This document shows positions 29,860-39,513 of a stretch of 64,000 nt of DNA, piece by piece (position 1 is the stretch's first letter; each line of letters opens with the position of its first letter). The notes beneath the pieces are model-generated. The model was not told the DNA's origin. It was given only the letters and a program-made list of their open reading frames with translations, and did no database searches. The position numbers and the translations under genes were made by a program. This DNA comes from an uncultured Verrucomicrobiae bacterium (GTDB lineage: Bacteria; Verrucomicrobiota; Verrucomicrobiia; Limisphaerales; Palsa-1400), in NCBI GenBank assembly GCA_963825315.1, contig CAWGST010000001.1:1877460-1941459 (forward strand). The letters run 5' to 3'.

Positions 29860-32411
29860 ATGACCGGCAGCGCAACAATCGAACCAGGAGAGAAAGCCGC
29901 GGACGAACTTCGCGCCCCGCTGCCGCTCCCTGAATTGCTGGCCCCGGCGGGCGATTGGGAGTGCGCCAAAGCGGCGGTCGAAAACGGCGCCGATGCCATC
30001 TACTTCGGCCTGGAGCGTTTCAACGCCCGCATGCGGGCCAATAATTTTACCGAAGGGGAGTTGCCAAAATTGATGGATTTTCTCCATCGGCGCGGCGTCA
30101 AGGGTTATATCACCTTCAATACGCTGGTTTTCGCCGACGAGATGCCCGCGGCGGAGGTGTGGTTGCGGACGCTGATTGCCGCGGGCGCAGACGCCGCCAT
30201 TGTTCAGGACGTCGGCGTTTGCCGGCTGATTCGAAGGCTTTCGCCGGATTTCCCGATACACGCTTCGACGCAAATGACCATCACGAGCGCGGCCGGGATG
30301 GCCTTTGCCAGAGAGCTGGGCTGCAACCTGGTGGTGCTGGCGCGCGAATGTTCGCTCAAGGAAATCGCCAAAATCACCGCGGCGGCTTCAACCCGCCGGC
30401 CCCGCCGCCCTGCCCGTGGAAGTTTTTGTGCATGGGGCCTTGTGCGTGGCCTATTCGGGCCAATGCTTGACAAGCGAGGCGCTGGGCGGCCGCTCGGCCA
30501 ACCGCGGCGAGTGCGCCCAGGCCTGCCGCATGCCCTACGATTTGATTTGCGACGGCCGGCAGATTGCGCTGGGCGACCGCCGCTATCTTCTAAGCCCGCG
30601 CGATTTGGCCGGTTTGGAAGTTTTGCCGGAATTGATTCGCGCCGGCGTTGCTTCCTTGAAAATTGAAGGGCGGCTCAAATCGCCCGAATACGTGGCCAAC
30701 ATCACGCAGGTCTATCGGCGCGCCCTGGACAAGCTCATGGCCGCACCCAACGCGCCGTCGGGCGCGGACGGCGACACTCGTTACAACCTGGAAATGGCCT
30801 TTTCCCGGGGGCTGCACACCGGATGGTTCGGCGGCACGAACAATCAGGCCCTGGTCCACGCCCGCTTCGGCAAAAAACGCGGCGTCTATCTGGGCGCGGT
30901 GCAGCGCGTCGAAGCCCGGCGCGTTCGTCTGCGCCTGGAAGCGCCCTTGAAGCCGGGCGATGGAATTGTATTTGACTCCGGCCATCCCGACGAGGAAGAA
31001 CAGGGCGGACGGGTCTATGAGGTGGAACACACCGCCACGCCCGACGCCACCGCCATCTCCTTCGGGCGCGGCGACGTGGATTTGAACCGCGTTCATCCGG
31101 GCGACAGGGTTTGGAAAACGAGCGACCCGGAGTTGGACCGCAGGCTGCGCCAGAGTTTCGCGGGCGCGACGCCGCATTTTCGGCGGCGGCTGGATGTGGA
31201 GGCGCATGGCGCGGCCGGGCAGGCGCTGACTTTGATCGGGCGCGACGAATTCGGGCATGTCGTGCAACTGGATTCGGCCATGCCGCTGGCCCCGGCGCAA
31301 AAGCAACCGCTGACCACGGAACGGTTGCGCGGGCAATTGGGCCGGCTGGGCGGAACTCCCTTTGCCTTGGGCAGCCTGAAAAACGCCCTGCAAGGCGAAC
31401 TCATCCTGCCCATGAGCGAGTTGAACCGCTTGCGGCGTCAATTGGCCGTCGGGATGGAGCGTCTGCGCGCGCAGCCGAAACAATGGATTTTGAACCAGAC
31501 CGGGCCGGAAGCGCCGGCCGCGAAACTGGCCGCGCCGCCGCGCCGCGCCGCGACGGAAGCGCATCTGATCGTACTGGTGCGGGACATGGCCCAGCTCGAG
31601 GCGGCCATGGCCGCGGATCACCCGCCATTTACTGCGAATTCGAGGACCCAAAAAATATCGCGAGGCCGTGGCCTCTTTTCGCGCGCGCCAATCAGCGGGG
31701 GGGCCGAAGTCCGAAATTTTTGTCGCGCCCCCGCGCATTTTCAAAGCGGGCGAGGAGTGGATTCTCAAACAAGTGCGTTCTTGCGAAGCGGACGGTTATC
31801 TGCTGCGCAATTATGATCATCTGCAATTCTTCGCCGACAGCCGGCGGGTGGGGGATTTCTCCTTCAATGTCGCCAACGGGTTGTCCGCCGAATACTTCAA
31901 GAATCATTTTGGCCTGGAACGCTTGACCGCCTCCTATGATTTAAACATTACCCAGCTTGAGGCGCTGCTGCTCTCCGCCCCGCCGGAATGGTTTGAGATC
32001 ACCCTGCACCAGCATATGCCCATGTTTCACATGGAGCACTGCGTCTTCTGCGCTTTCTTGACCAACGGAACGGATTACACCAATTGCGGCCGCCCTTGTG
32101 ACAAGCATAAAGTCGAAATGCGCGACCGCGTCGGGCTGGCCCATCCGCTCAAGGCGGACGCCGGCTGCCGCAACACCTTGTTCAACGGCCGGGCGCAGAC
32201 CGGCGCGGAATACGCCGGGCGCTTGCTGGATTTGGGCGCGCGCCATTTTCGCATCGAGTTTGTCAACGAGACCGCGGACGAGGTGGCGGCAACGATCGGG
32301 AAATACCGGGCCTTGCTCGATGGCAAGCTGGGCGGGGCGGAATTGTGGCGGGAATTGAAACTGCACAATCAACTCGGTGTCACGCGCGGACCGATGTCTT
32401 CCGGCTCCTAA
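29860..32411 (+). CDS. Long-form U32-family peptidase (with DUF3656-type C-terminal extension), frame broken three times as sequenced
   Basis: ORFs 29860-30666, 30305-31816 and 31668-32411 carry consecutive U32 blocks (ELLAPAGD..GADAIYFG; VEVFVHGALCVAYSGQCL..RSANRGECAQACRMPY; IFVAPPRIFKAGEE..). Frame breaks occur at ~30385-30410, 31615-31616 and 31650-31655. Confidence 0.8.
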
Positions 32412-32437
32412 TCCTAATCTTAATCCTAAGATTAGGA
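32412..32437 (+). terminator. Hairpin immediately after the U32 gene stop
   Basis: TCCTAATCTTA-ATCC-TAAGATTAGGA forms an 11-bp perfect stem with a 4-nt loop. An A/T-rich tract follows ~15 nt later. Confidence 0.4.
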
Positions 32438-32472
32438 GTGGACGCCGCAAAAAATCTTTTTTAAGAAATCTC

Positions 32473-32501
32473 TTGCGTGCTCCGCGCCCCGGCCCTATAT
32501 T
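32473..32501 (+). promoter_or_regulatory. Sigma-70-like promoter candidate for rpmI-rplT-pheS
   Basis: TTGCGT-N17-TATATT, 29 nt upstream of the rpmI ATG. Confidence 0.35.
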
Positions 32502-32529
32502 GGCCCTCCTTAAAAAAGGAAACGCGCGT

Positions 32530-32739
32530 ATGCGACGGCCCAAAGGCATTAAAACAAAAAAATCAGTGGCGAAGCGGTTCAAGATAACCGCCCGGGGAAA
32601 AGTCATGCGCATGCGCGCGGGCAAACGCCATTTGCTCCAAACCAAAAGTCCCAAACGCCGGCGCAACTTGGGCACGTCCAAACAGGTCGATGCAACGGAC
32701 GCCTATCGTATTTTGCAGAATTTACCCTTCAGCCACTAA
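32530..32739 (+). CDS. rpmI: 50S ribosomal protein L35
   Basis: MRRPKGIKTKKSVAKRFKITARGKVMRMRAGKRHLL; 69 aa from the ATG at 32530, inside ORF 32377-32739. Confidence 0.9.
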   Translation: MRRPKGIKTKKSVAKRFKITARGKVMRMRAGKRHLLQTKSPKRRRNLGTSKQVDATDAYRILQNLPFSH

Positions 32740-32775
32740 CCAACCCGCTATTCCGACTAACCAGCCCGCTATTTT

Positions 32776-33147
32776 ATGCGTGTCACCAACTCACCCGCCT
32801 CGCGCAAGCGCCGCATGCGCACGATCAAAGCCGCCAAAGGCTTTCGCTTAAAGCGGTCCAAACTCTATCGCTATGCCTCCGATGCGCTCGATCACGGCAT
32901 GCAATACGCCTATCGCGATCGCAAAACCAAAAAGCGAAACTTCCGCGGCCTCTGGCAGGTGCGCATCAATGCCGCCGCCCGCGCCGCCGGCACCACTTAC
33001 AGCCGGTTCATGGAGGGCCTCAAGGCCGCCCAATGTCCCCTCAACCGCAAAATGCTGGCCGACCTCGCCGCGCAGGACGCCGCCGCCTTTGCCGAATTGG
33101 TCCAGACGGCCAAAAATGCGTTGCAGGCCAAAGCTTCCAAAGCGTAA
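32776..33147 (+). CDS. rplT: 50S ribosomal protein L20
   Basis: 123-aa ORF reading MRVTNSPASRKRRMRTIKAAKGFRLKRSKLYR..NRKMLADLA. Confidence 0.95.
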   Translation: MRVTNSPASRKRRMRTIKAAKGFRLKRSKLYRYASDALDHGMQYAYRDRKTKKRNFRGLWQVRINAAARAAGTTYSRFMEGLKAAQCPLNRKMLADLAAQDAAAFAELVQTAKNALQAKASKA

Positions 33148-33153
33148 GTTTGC

Positions 33154-34176
33154 TTGCGCAAACTTATGGACATTGAACCGCTCAAACAGGCGGCCCTGGC
33201 TGATTTGAAGGGCGCGGCCGATTTGGCGGCGCTCGAACAGGCCAAGGGAACATGGCTCGGCCCGCAGGGAAAATTCACCGCCGCGATGAAGCAGCTCGGC
33301 GCTTTGCCCAGGGAAGAGCGCCCCGCCGCCGGCAAACAGATCAACCAAGCCAAGGCCGAATTGGAAGCCGCCCTCTCCGAACGCCGCGGCCAACTGGAAC
33401 TCAAATCCGCCATGCCCAAGGAGGCCGCCGATTTCACCCTGCCCGGACGGCGTCGTTCGCTGGGGAAATTGCATCCCCTGACGCAGGTGACGGAGGACAT
33501 CGTGCGGAGTTTTCGCAAGCTCGGTTTCGCCGTGGCCGACGGGCCGGAGGTCGAGGATGAATACCACTGCTTCGACGCCCTGAACACCCCCGCCGATCAC
33601 CCCGCGCGCGACACGCAGGACACGTTTTATCTGAACCTGGCTGGCGCGGATGAGGCGGATGAAAAAATGCTGCTGCGCACCCACACCTCCTCCGTGCAAA
33701 TCCGGGTCATGGAAAAACAGCGTCCGCCCGTGCGCATCATCGTGCCGGGCCGGGTTTATCGGCGGGACAATCCCGATGCGACGCACAATCCCACCTTCCA
33801 CCAGATCGAGGGCCTTTACGTGGACCGCGGAGTGACGGTGGGAGACTTGAAAGGGACGGTTGAATTTGTCTTCAAGGAACTGCTCGGCGAAGAAATCAGA
33901 ATCCGATTCCGGCCGCACTATTTTTCCTACACCGAGCCGAGTTTTGAGATTGATTTCTCCAGCGCGCTGACCCGGAAGATGGGCAAGGAATGGCTTGAGA
34001 TAGCGGGCTGCGGCATGGTGCATCCGGTGGTTTTTGAAAAAGTCGGATACGATCCCGAAATCTGGAGCGGCTGGGCCTTTGGTTTCGGCATCGAGCGCAT
34101 CGCCATGATTCGGTACAACATAAACGACATCCGTCTTTTCTACGAAAACGACGTGCGTTTCCTGAGGCAGTTTTAG
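33154..34176 (+). CDS. pheS: Phenylalanine--tRNA ligase alpha subunit
   Basis: 340-aa ORF with class II aaRS motifs (HPLTQV, FRPHYFSYTEPSFEID, GCGMVHP, AFGFGIERIAM). No pheT follows. Confidence 0.95.
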   Translation: MRKLMDIEPLKQAALADLKGAADLAALEQAKGTWLGPQGKFTAAMKQLGALPREERPAAGKQINQAKAELEAALSERRGQLELKSAMPKEAADFTLPGRRRSLGKLHPLTQVTEDIVRSFRKLGFAVADGPEVEDEYHCFDALNTPADHPARDTQDTFYLNLAGADEADEKMLLRTHTSSVQIRVMEKQRPPVRIIVPGRVYRRDNPDATHNPTFHQIEGLYVDRGVTVGDLKGTVEFVFKELLGEEIRIRFRPHYFSYTEPSFEIDFSSALTRKMGKEWLEIAGCGMVHPVVFEKVGYDPEIWSGWAFGFGIERIAMIRYNINDIRLFYENDVRFLRQF

Positions 34177-34182
34177 AATTCG

Positions 34183-34400
34183 GGGTGGAACCGGCGTCCC
34201 GCCGGTCGGTTTTGGCGTCCCGCCAAAACCCCCTCTGTACGATCCGTCCGATCCGTCACTTCTGCCTTTTGCCAGTCGCGCCATAGCCGCTTCGGCGACG
34301 GCGGAAGCCTTCAGCCTTTAGCCTTTAGCCTTTAGCCTTTTCCTCTGCGCTCCTCTTCACTTCTGCATTCTTCCTTCATAATTCTGCCTTTTCCCCCGCC
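34183..34400. repeat. REP-like repeat cluster 1 (twin GGA-loop hairpins, GCCATAGCCGCTTCGGCGACGGCGG module, TAGCCTTTA tandem)
   Basis: The same modules recur at 35330-35640 and 36500-36725, and in part at 7141-7170 and 44318-44345. Confidence 0.7.
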
Positions 34401-35180
34401 TTACCGATGCCCGCCCCCGTGCCCGCCGCCAAAACCGCCATGGAAGCCTCCACCGCCATGGAATCCGCCAAAGCCTCCGCCACCCCGGAAGCCGCCAAAG
34501 CCCCCGCGGTATCCGCCAAAGCCTCCCCGAAACCCACCTTGACCCCAGCCATGGCCCCATCCCCATCCCCATCCACCCCAGCCCCAGCCTCCGCCGACCA
34601 CCAGCGGCCAGCCATAATAAGGCCCTCCAGAGTAGTAGTAGGGATACCCGTAGTCATAAACCGGATAATCGGAACCGATCACCGTCACGGCAGGCGCTGG
34701 CGTTGTGGGCATCACAACCTGCGCAGGCGGTTGGGTCGCCATAGCTCCATAGCCATAGGGAGCCGGCATGGCCCCCGGCATGGGCTGCTGCTGATAATTG
34801 GGAGCCGGCATGGGCTGCTGCTGCTGGTAATACTGCTGATTGGCCTGTTGCTGCTGCAACTGGCCGTCGCGCAGAATCATGGCTTTGGTAATCTCCTGCG
34901 GCATTCCCAAACTCTTTAGATAGACGATTCCATCCGCGCCAAGGTGATACGGCAGGGCGGTGCTGTTGATGTAACTGACGATCACATCCTTATTGATGCC
35001 CCCCTGATACAACTTCACCACCTCGCCCGCGCCATAAGGCAACGCCGGGGCCTGGGCGGCGACGGCAGTGGTCGCGGAAGTGTTTTGAGCGGTGGCGACG
35101 CTCCAGGGAGCGCCGAGGCAAACCGCTGTGGTCATCATGGCGGCAAGCGCCATCCGAAATACTGACGGACAATTTTTCAT
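34401..35180 (-). CDS. Secreted protein with Gln/Pro-rich linker and extreme Gly-Trp / RGG-FGG low-complexity C-terminal tail
   Basis: 259 aa from the ATG at 35180 (MKNCPSVFRMALAAMMTTAVCLGAPWSVATAQ signal peptide). The tail reads GGGWGWGGWGWGWGHGWGQGGFRGGFGGYRGGFGGFRGGGGFGGFHGGGGFHGGFGGGHGGGHR. Confidence 0.6.
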   Translation of the reverse strand: MKNCPSVFRMALAAMMTTAVCLGAPWSVATAQNTSATTAVAAQAPALPYGAGEVVKLYQGGINKDVIVSYINSTALPYHLGADGIVYLKSLGMPQEITKAMILRDGQLQQQQANQQYYQQQQPMPAPNYQQQPMPGAMPAPYGYGAMATQPPAQVVMPTTPAPAVTVIGSDYPVYDYGYPYYYSGGPYYGWPLVVGGGWGWGGWGWGWGHGWGQGGFRGGFGGYRGGFGGFRGGGGFGGFHGGGGFHGGFGGGHGGGHR

Positions 35181-35329
35181 AACTCCTTCCATCTGGCGGG
35201 TTGCAAACAACGTACGCCCCAAAGCGCCTTTGGCAACCCCGGTTCCTGCGATTTCCTGAGCCTCATCATCATTAAACTCCAGACACCAATACGGTGCCGG
35301 CGAGCGAATCTTGCAGCCTCTTTTCAGGG

Positions 35330-35640
35330 AGACCGCAAGAGACAGGGTGGCACCGGCGTCCCGCCGGTCAGTTTTGGCGTCCCGCCAAAACCCCCTTTCG
35401 TCCGATCTGTCCCATCCGTCCCAAGATTTGAAAACAGCGCCATAGGCGCGGCATCGTTGTAAAACCCCATTTTTTGTGATTTTTGCGCCTCTTCGCGGCA
35501 ATAGTTCCCGAGCAGCCTTCAGCCTTTCCCCATCCGCCCCTTTTGTCTTTGGATGGCCGCAAAAGCGCGCAAAAGATCGCAAGAGACAGGGTGGCACCGG
35601 CGTCCCGCCAAAATCCCCTTCGCGCCCTTCGCGCGCCTCG
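35330..35640. repeat. REP-like repeat cluster 2
   Basis: Contains CAAGAGACAGGGTGGCACCGGCGTCCCGCC.. twice, together with the CCTTCAGCCTTTCCCCATCCG.. module. Confidence 0.7.
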
Positions 35641-35757
35641 TGGTAATGAGGTCGGATGAGATATTCAACGGCAAGGATGCGATGGCTTTGGCGAAAATCC
35701 ACCCGGAGATTTTGATCTTGTGAGAAAACTGATTTAGTATAAGATAGTGATGGCAGT

Positions 35758-35994
35758 ATGAACGTGGAAATACCTGAGCCGATTGCGCAACTCCTGCCGC
35801 GCGACCCGGAGAGCCGGGCTCGCAGTGTTTTGGAGGGCCTGGTCATTGGCGCATGCACGGCGGGAATAATTTCTCGCGGCAGGGCGTTTGAATTGCTGGG
35901 ACTCAATCACTGGACGGGTGAGGCCTTCTTTCGGCAGCGCGGCGTGTTTCTGAATTACGACGCTGCTGAATTCAGGCAGGACATCGGGGCGTAA
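35758..35994 (+). CDS. UPF0175-family putative antitoxin
   Basis: 78-aa ORF. LEGLVIGACTAGIISRGRAFELLGLNHWTGEAFFRQRGV is the typical UPF0175 pattern. The stop lies 3 nt before the DUF3368 gene. Confidence 0.7.
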   Translation: MNVEIPEPIAQLLPRDPESRARSVLEGLVIGACTAGIISRGRAFELLGLNHWTGEAFFRQRGVFLNYDAAEFRQDIGA

Positions 35995-35997
35995 CTT

Positions 35998-36486
35998 ATG
36001 GCTGTTGTTGTCTCGGACACGACGCCCCTTCATTACCTCATTCTGGTGGGGCGGGAAACCATCCTGGAAAAACTTTATGGGCAAGTGTTCATACCGCCAG
36101 CCGTTTTAATGGAATTAAGCCACGCCTCCGCTCCCGTCCAAATCTCGAATTGGGCGACAAACCCGCCGATGTGGGTAACCGTGGCGACGCCAGCGTTGAT
36201 ACCCGGCCGATTCGATGGATTGGATTTGGGGGAGCGTCAGGCGTTGGCTCTCGCCACGGAAATACACGCGGATTTGGTTTTGCTGGATGACAAAGTCGCG
36301 CGGCGTGTTGCGCGGCGGGAACTGATGAACGTCAAGGGCACGCTTGGAATTGTGGCGGACGCAGCCAAAGCGAATCTTTTGGATTTCGTTGAAACAGTCA
36401 AGCAGTTGCAGCGCACAAGCATGCACCTTGATCAGGATGTGGTTGACGAGGTCATACGCGAGTATAGGCGCTCGGAGAACAAATAG
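35998..36486 (+). CDS. DUF3368 PIN-like putative toxin
   Basis: 162-aa ORF reading VVSDTTPLHYLILVGRETILEKLYGQVFIPPAVLMEL..LGERQALALA..LVLLDDKVARRVA..VKGTLGIV. Confidence 0.7.
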   Translation: MAVVVSDTTPLHYLILVGRETILEKLYGQVFIPPAVLMELSHASAPVQISNWATNPPMWVTVATPALIPGRFDGLDLGERQALALATEIHADLVLLDDKVARRVARRELMNVKGTLGIVADAAKANLLDFVETVKQLQRTSMHLDQDVVDEVIREYRRSENK

Positions 36487-36499
36487 AACAAACTCCTCC

Positions 36500-36725
36500 T
36501 GACTTTTCCATCACTTTCGCCAGTCCGCCACAGCCGCTTCGGCGACGGCGGAGGCCTTTAGCCTTTAGCATTCAGCCTTTCCCCATCCGTCCCTTTTGTC
36601 CTTGGATGGCCGCCAAAACGCGCAAAAGATCGCAAGAGACAGGGTGGCACCGGCGTCCCGCCGGTCAGTTTTGGCGTCCCGCCAAAACCCCCTTTCGTCC
36701 GATCTGTCCCATCCGTCCCAAACGA
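36500..36725. repeat. REP-like repeat cluster 3
   Basis: Near-identical to parts of clusters 1 and 2; for example, 36640-36720 matches 35341-35420. Confidence 0.7.
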
Positions 36726-36764
36726 CGCGGCAAAGCGGAAGTGGTCACAAATTGTGACCGCCTC

Positions 36765-36833
36765 ATGTCGGACGGCATTCTTCTGAAACCCGTCACCGCC
36801 GTGACCATCCGTCAATTGCGCGGCATCCTGAAA
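36765..36833 (+). pseudogene. AbrB/SpoVT-type antitoxin C-terminal remnant, interrupted by IS21 (continues at 39368)
   Basis: With IS21 removed it reads MSDGILLKPVTAVTIRQLRGILK|RKPGEKPIAEEMAEHKREEKELEKGKIDR. This is the ..ILLKPVT..LRGILK.. tail typical of AbrB-fold antitoxins. The N-terminal DNA-binding half is replaced by REP sequence. Confidence 0.3.
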
Positions 36834-36893
36834 TGTCGAACGACAATTAAAAATCACCACTGACGACAATTAAAATTCACCAGTGAGCCGGTA

Positions 36894-38432
36894 ATGATCA
36901 GGCGGCGGTTGGGATGGCCGGAGGCCATCCCCAAACCGCCGCAAATGATCACAAACAAACAATACCGGAAGCTCATGAGTGAATATCAGAAAGCAGCGAA
37001 CATTGTCGTCAGCGCGATGAAAGCGGATGTGCATCCGCAGACCGCGCGAAAATACATCCAGGCGGCCCAACCGCCGGAGCAACTGCAACAGAAGCATGGC
37101 TGGCGCACGCGGCCCGATCCGCTGGCGGCCATTTGGGAACCCGCCCGGCAAATGCTCTTCCAAGCGCCCGAACTGGAAGCCAAAGAGTTGTTCGATTATC
37201 TGCGGGGCATCCATCCCGACCAGGCCGCTGGCTCGGCGTTGCGCTCGTTTCAACGGCGGGTGCTGCAATGGCGTTTGCAGCATGGCCGGGACAAGGAGGT
37301 GTTCTTCGAGCAGGAGCATCTTCCAGGCAGGGTGATGCAGGTGGATTGGACCGACGCCAGCGAGTTGGCGGTGACGGTGCGGGGAGCGCCGCTGGAGCAT
37401 TTGTTGTGTCATGCGGTCTTGCCCTATTCCAATTGGTCGTGGGCCACGCGCTGTCAATCCGAGTCGCTGTTGAGTCTGCGCCACGGTTTGCAGGAGGCAT
37501 TGCATCAATTGGGCCGGGTGCCGGAACGGCTGCAAATCGACAACAGCAGCGCCGCCACCCATCGCGTCGGCAGCGGCGGGCGGGAGTTCAACCGTGATTT
37601 TCTGGCGCTGGCGGAGCACTACGGGCTGAAGCCCCAAACCATCGGCATTCGCAAGCCGCACGAAAACGGCGATGTGGAATCGCGCAACGGCCATCTGAAA
37701 CGGCGGCTCAAGCAACATCTGCTCTTGCGCGGCTATCGGGACTTTGAAGCGGCCGAAGCGTATGACCGGTTTCTGTGGACGGCGTTGCGCAAGGGCAATC
37801 AGAACTGCTCGGTCAAACTCAAGGAGGAGTGGGAGGCGCTGCGTCCGCTGCCTCCGACCCGCTTGAGCGAGTATGACGAACTGCGCTGTCCGGTCAGCCT
37901 CCACAGCACGATTCGGGTCAAGAAGGTGACCTATTCGGTGCCGGCGCGCTGGATCGGCCAGGAGGTTAAAGTGGAAGTTTACGAAGGGCATTTGAAAATC
38001 TTTCACGGGCGGGAACTGCTGCTGGAGTTGGCGCGAGCCACCGGGGATCGCGGCGCGGTGATCGACTACCGGCACTTGATCGAGCCTCTGCTGCGCAAGC
38101 CCGGCGCGTTCACCCATTACGTGCATCGCGAGGAGTTTTTCCCCGATGGGTCGTTCCGTTTGGCCTATGACCGTCTGGTCAACGATCATGGTTTGCGGGC
38201 CGGTCAAATCGAATATCTGCACCTGCTCAAACTGGCGTCTGAACTGGGCGAGTCGGCCCTGAGCGCCCTGGTCGGCGAATGGGCCGGCCCCAATCGGACA
38301 GGCCGGTGGCGCGCGGCGGATTTGCGGCGTTACCTGAACTTGGACGCCGGCGCCCGCTGGCCGGAGATGACGCTGGAGCCGGAACTGAGCGGCTACGACG
38401 CGTTGCTGGAAAGGCCGGTGTCCCATGAATAA
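36894..38432 (+). CDS. istA: IS21-family transposase IstA
   Basis: 512-aa ORF with the DDE region MQVDWTDAS..LPYSNWSWA..LQIDNSSAAT..HENGDVESRNGHLK. Confidence 0.9.
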   Translation: MIRRRLGWPEAIPKPPQMITNKQYRKLMSEYQKAANIVVSAMKADVHPQTARKYIQAAQPPEQLQQKHGWRTRPDPLAAIWEPARQMLFQAPELEAKELFDYLRGIHPDQAAGSALRSFQRRVLQWRLQHGRDKEVFFEQEHLPGRVMQVDWTDASELAVTVRGAPLEHLLCHAVLPYSNWSWATRCQSESLLSLRHGLQEALHQLGRVPERLQIDNSSAATHRVGSGGREFNRDFLALAEHYGLKPQTIGIRKPHENGDVESRNGHLKRRLKQHLLLRGYRDFEAAEAYDRFLWTALRKGNQNCSVKLKEEWEALRPLPPTRLSEYDELRCPVSLHSTIRVKKVTYSVPARWIGQEVKVEVYEGHLKIFHGRELLLELARATGDRGAVIDYRHLIEPLLRKPGAFTHYVHREEFFPDGSFRLAYDRLVNDHGLRAGQIEYLHLLKLASELGESALSALVGEWAGPNRTGRWRAADLRRYLNLDAGARWPEMTLEPELSGYDALLERPVSHE

Positions 38433-39180
38433 CGACCCGCTGGCCTTGCTCTTAAAATCCTTTCGCTTGGGCACGATGGCGGCGATCTATGAAGGCACCT
38501 TGCAACAAGCCGAGCAACAAAACTGGGGCTATCGAAAGTTCCTGCTGCACCTGTGCGAGAGCGAAGCGCAGGACCGACGGCAACGCAAACTGGAGCGGTT
38601 GCTCAAGCAATCGGGCCTGCCGCAAGGCAAAGACCTGGGCAGCTTGGAGGAAACCAAACTGCCCGCCAAAGTGCGCCGGATGCTGCCCAGCTTGCTGGAC
38701 GGCGGCTTTGTCCAGCGAGCCGAGAACGTCATCGCCATTGGCTTGCCCGGCCGGGGCAAAAGCCATTTTTTGGCCGCCTTGGGACGGGAGTTGATCCTGC
38801 GCCATCGCTACGCCGTGCTCTTTGTGCCGACCTTCAAGCTGGTGCAACAATTATTGACCGCCAAGCGAGATCTGCGTCTGGAAGAGCGCTTGCGCGAACT
38901 GGATCAGTTTGACGCGGTCATTCTGGACGACGTTGGCTACGTCAAGCAGGAGCGGGACGAAATGGAAGTGCTGTTCACGTTCCTGGCGGAACGCTACGAA
39001 CGGCGCAGTGTGATGATCAGCAGCAATCTGGTCTTCTCCAAGTGGGACCAGATTTTCAAAGACCCGATGACGACGATGGCCGCCATTGACCGGCTGGTGC
39101 ATCACGCCATCCTGTTGGAGTTCCAGGGGGAGAGTTTGCGAGTGCCCAAAGAAAAAGAACAAAACAGGGGCGGCGGGTAA
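38425..39180 (+). CDS. istB: IS21-family helper ATPase IstB
   Basis: 251-aa ORF with Walker A GLPGRGKSH and Walker B VILDDVGY. It overlaps the end of istA by 8 nt. Confidence 0.9.
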   Translation: MNNDPLALLLKSFRLGTMAAIYEGTLQQAEQQNWGYRKFLLHLCESEAQDRRQRKLERLLKQSGLPQGKDLGSLEETKLPAKVRRMLPSLLDGGFVQRAENVIAIGLPGRGKSHFLAALGRELILRHRYAVLFVPTFKLVQQLLTAKRDLRLEERLRELDQFDAVILDDVGYVKQERDEMEVLFTFLAERYERRSVMISSNLVFSKWDQIFKDPMTTMAAIDRLVHHAILLEFQGESLRVPKEKEQNRGGG

Positions 39181-39436
39181 CGCCGAGGCCCCCCAGCCCC
39201 TTCGGTTCCACTGCGTCCTTGTCGCTACGCTCCAAAGACTCCGTTCCACCGAAGGGGCTGGACAAACGTTACAGAACAGTGAAACGATGAACCTTAACAA
39301 CCGGCCTCAGTGGTGATTTTTAATTGTCGCTGATGGTGAAGAATAGTTGTCGTTGAAGATCCTGAAACGCAAGCCGGGCGAAAAGCCGATTGCCGAAGAA
39401 ATGGCGGAGCACAAACGCGAGGAAAAGGAACTGGAG

Positions 39437-39506
39437 AAAGGCAAGATTGATAGACAGCTCTGGAAAACCCGCAACACCGCAACAAGTGTTGATAATCAAC
39501 GACTTA
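39437..39506. repeat. Iteron-like module, copy B, left part (CCGCAACA variant), split by IS630
   Basis: AAAGGCAAGATTGATAGACAGCTCTGGAAAACCCGCAACACCGCAACAAGTGTTGATAATCAACGACTTA aligns with 6658-6727. Confidence 0.6.
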
Positions 39507-39513
39507 GAGCGTT

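Larger units (their letters stand above)
36834..39359 (+). mobile_element. IS21-family insertion sequence (2526 bp), intact
   Basis: The 8-bp TSD TCCTGAAA is present at 36826-36833 and 39360-39367. The ends begin TGTCGAACGACAA.. and end ..TTGTCGTTGAAGA, with repeated CGACAATTAAAAATCACCACTG sub-terminal motifs. The element carries istA and istB. Confidence 0.9.

Noticed and set aside
35181-35906. N-terminal 240 aa of the 501-aa ORF 34401-35906.
   Set aside because: This part is a read-through of REP cluster 2 (the GGTPVPPCLLRSFARFCGHPKTKG-type translation recurs wherever the repeat occurs). The real gene starts at the ATG at 35180, which gives a signal peptide.
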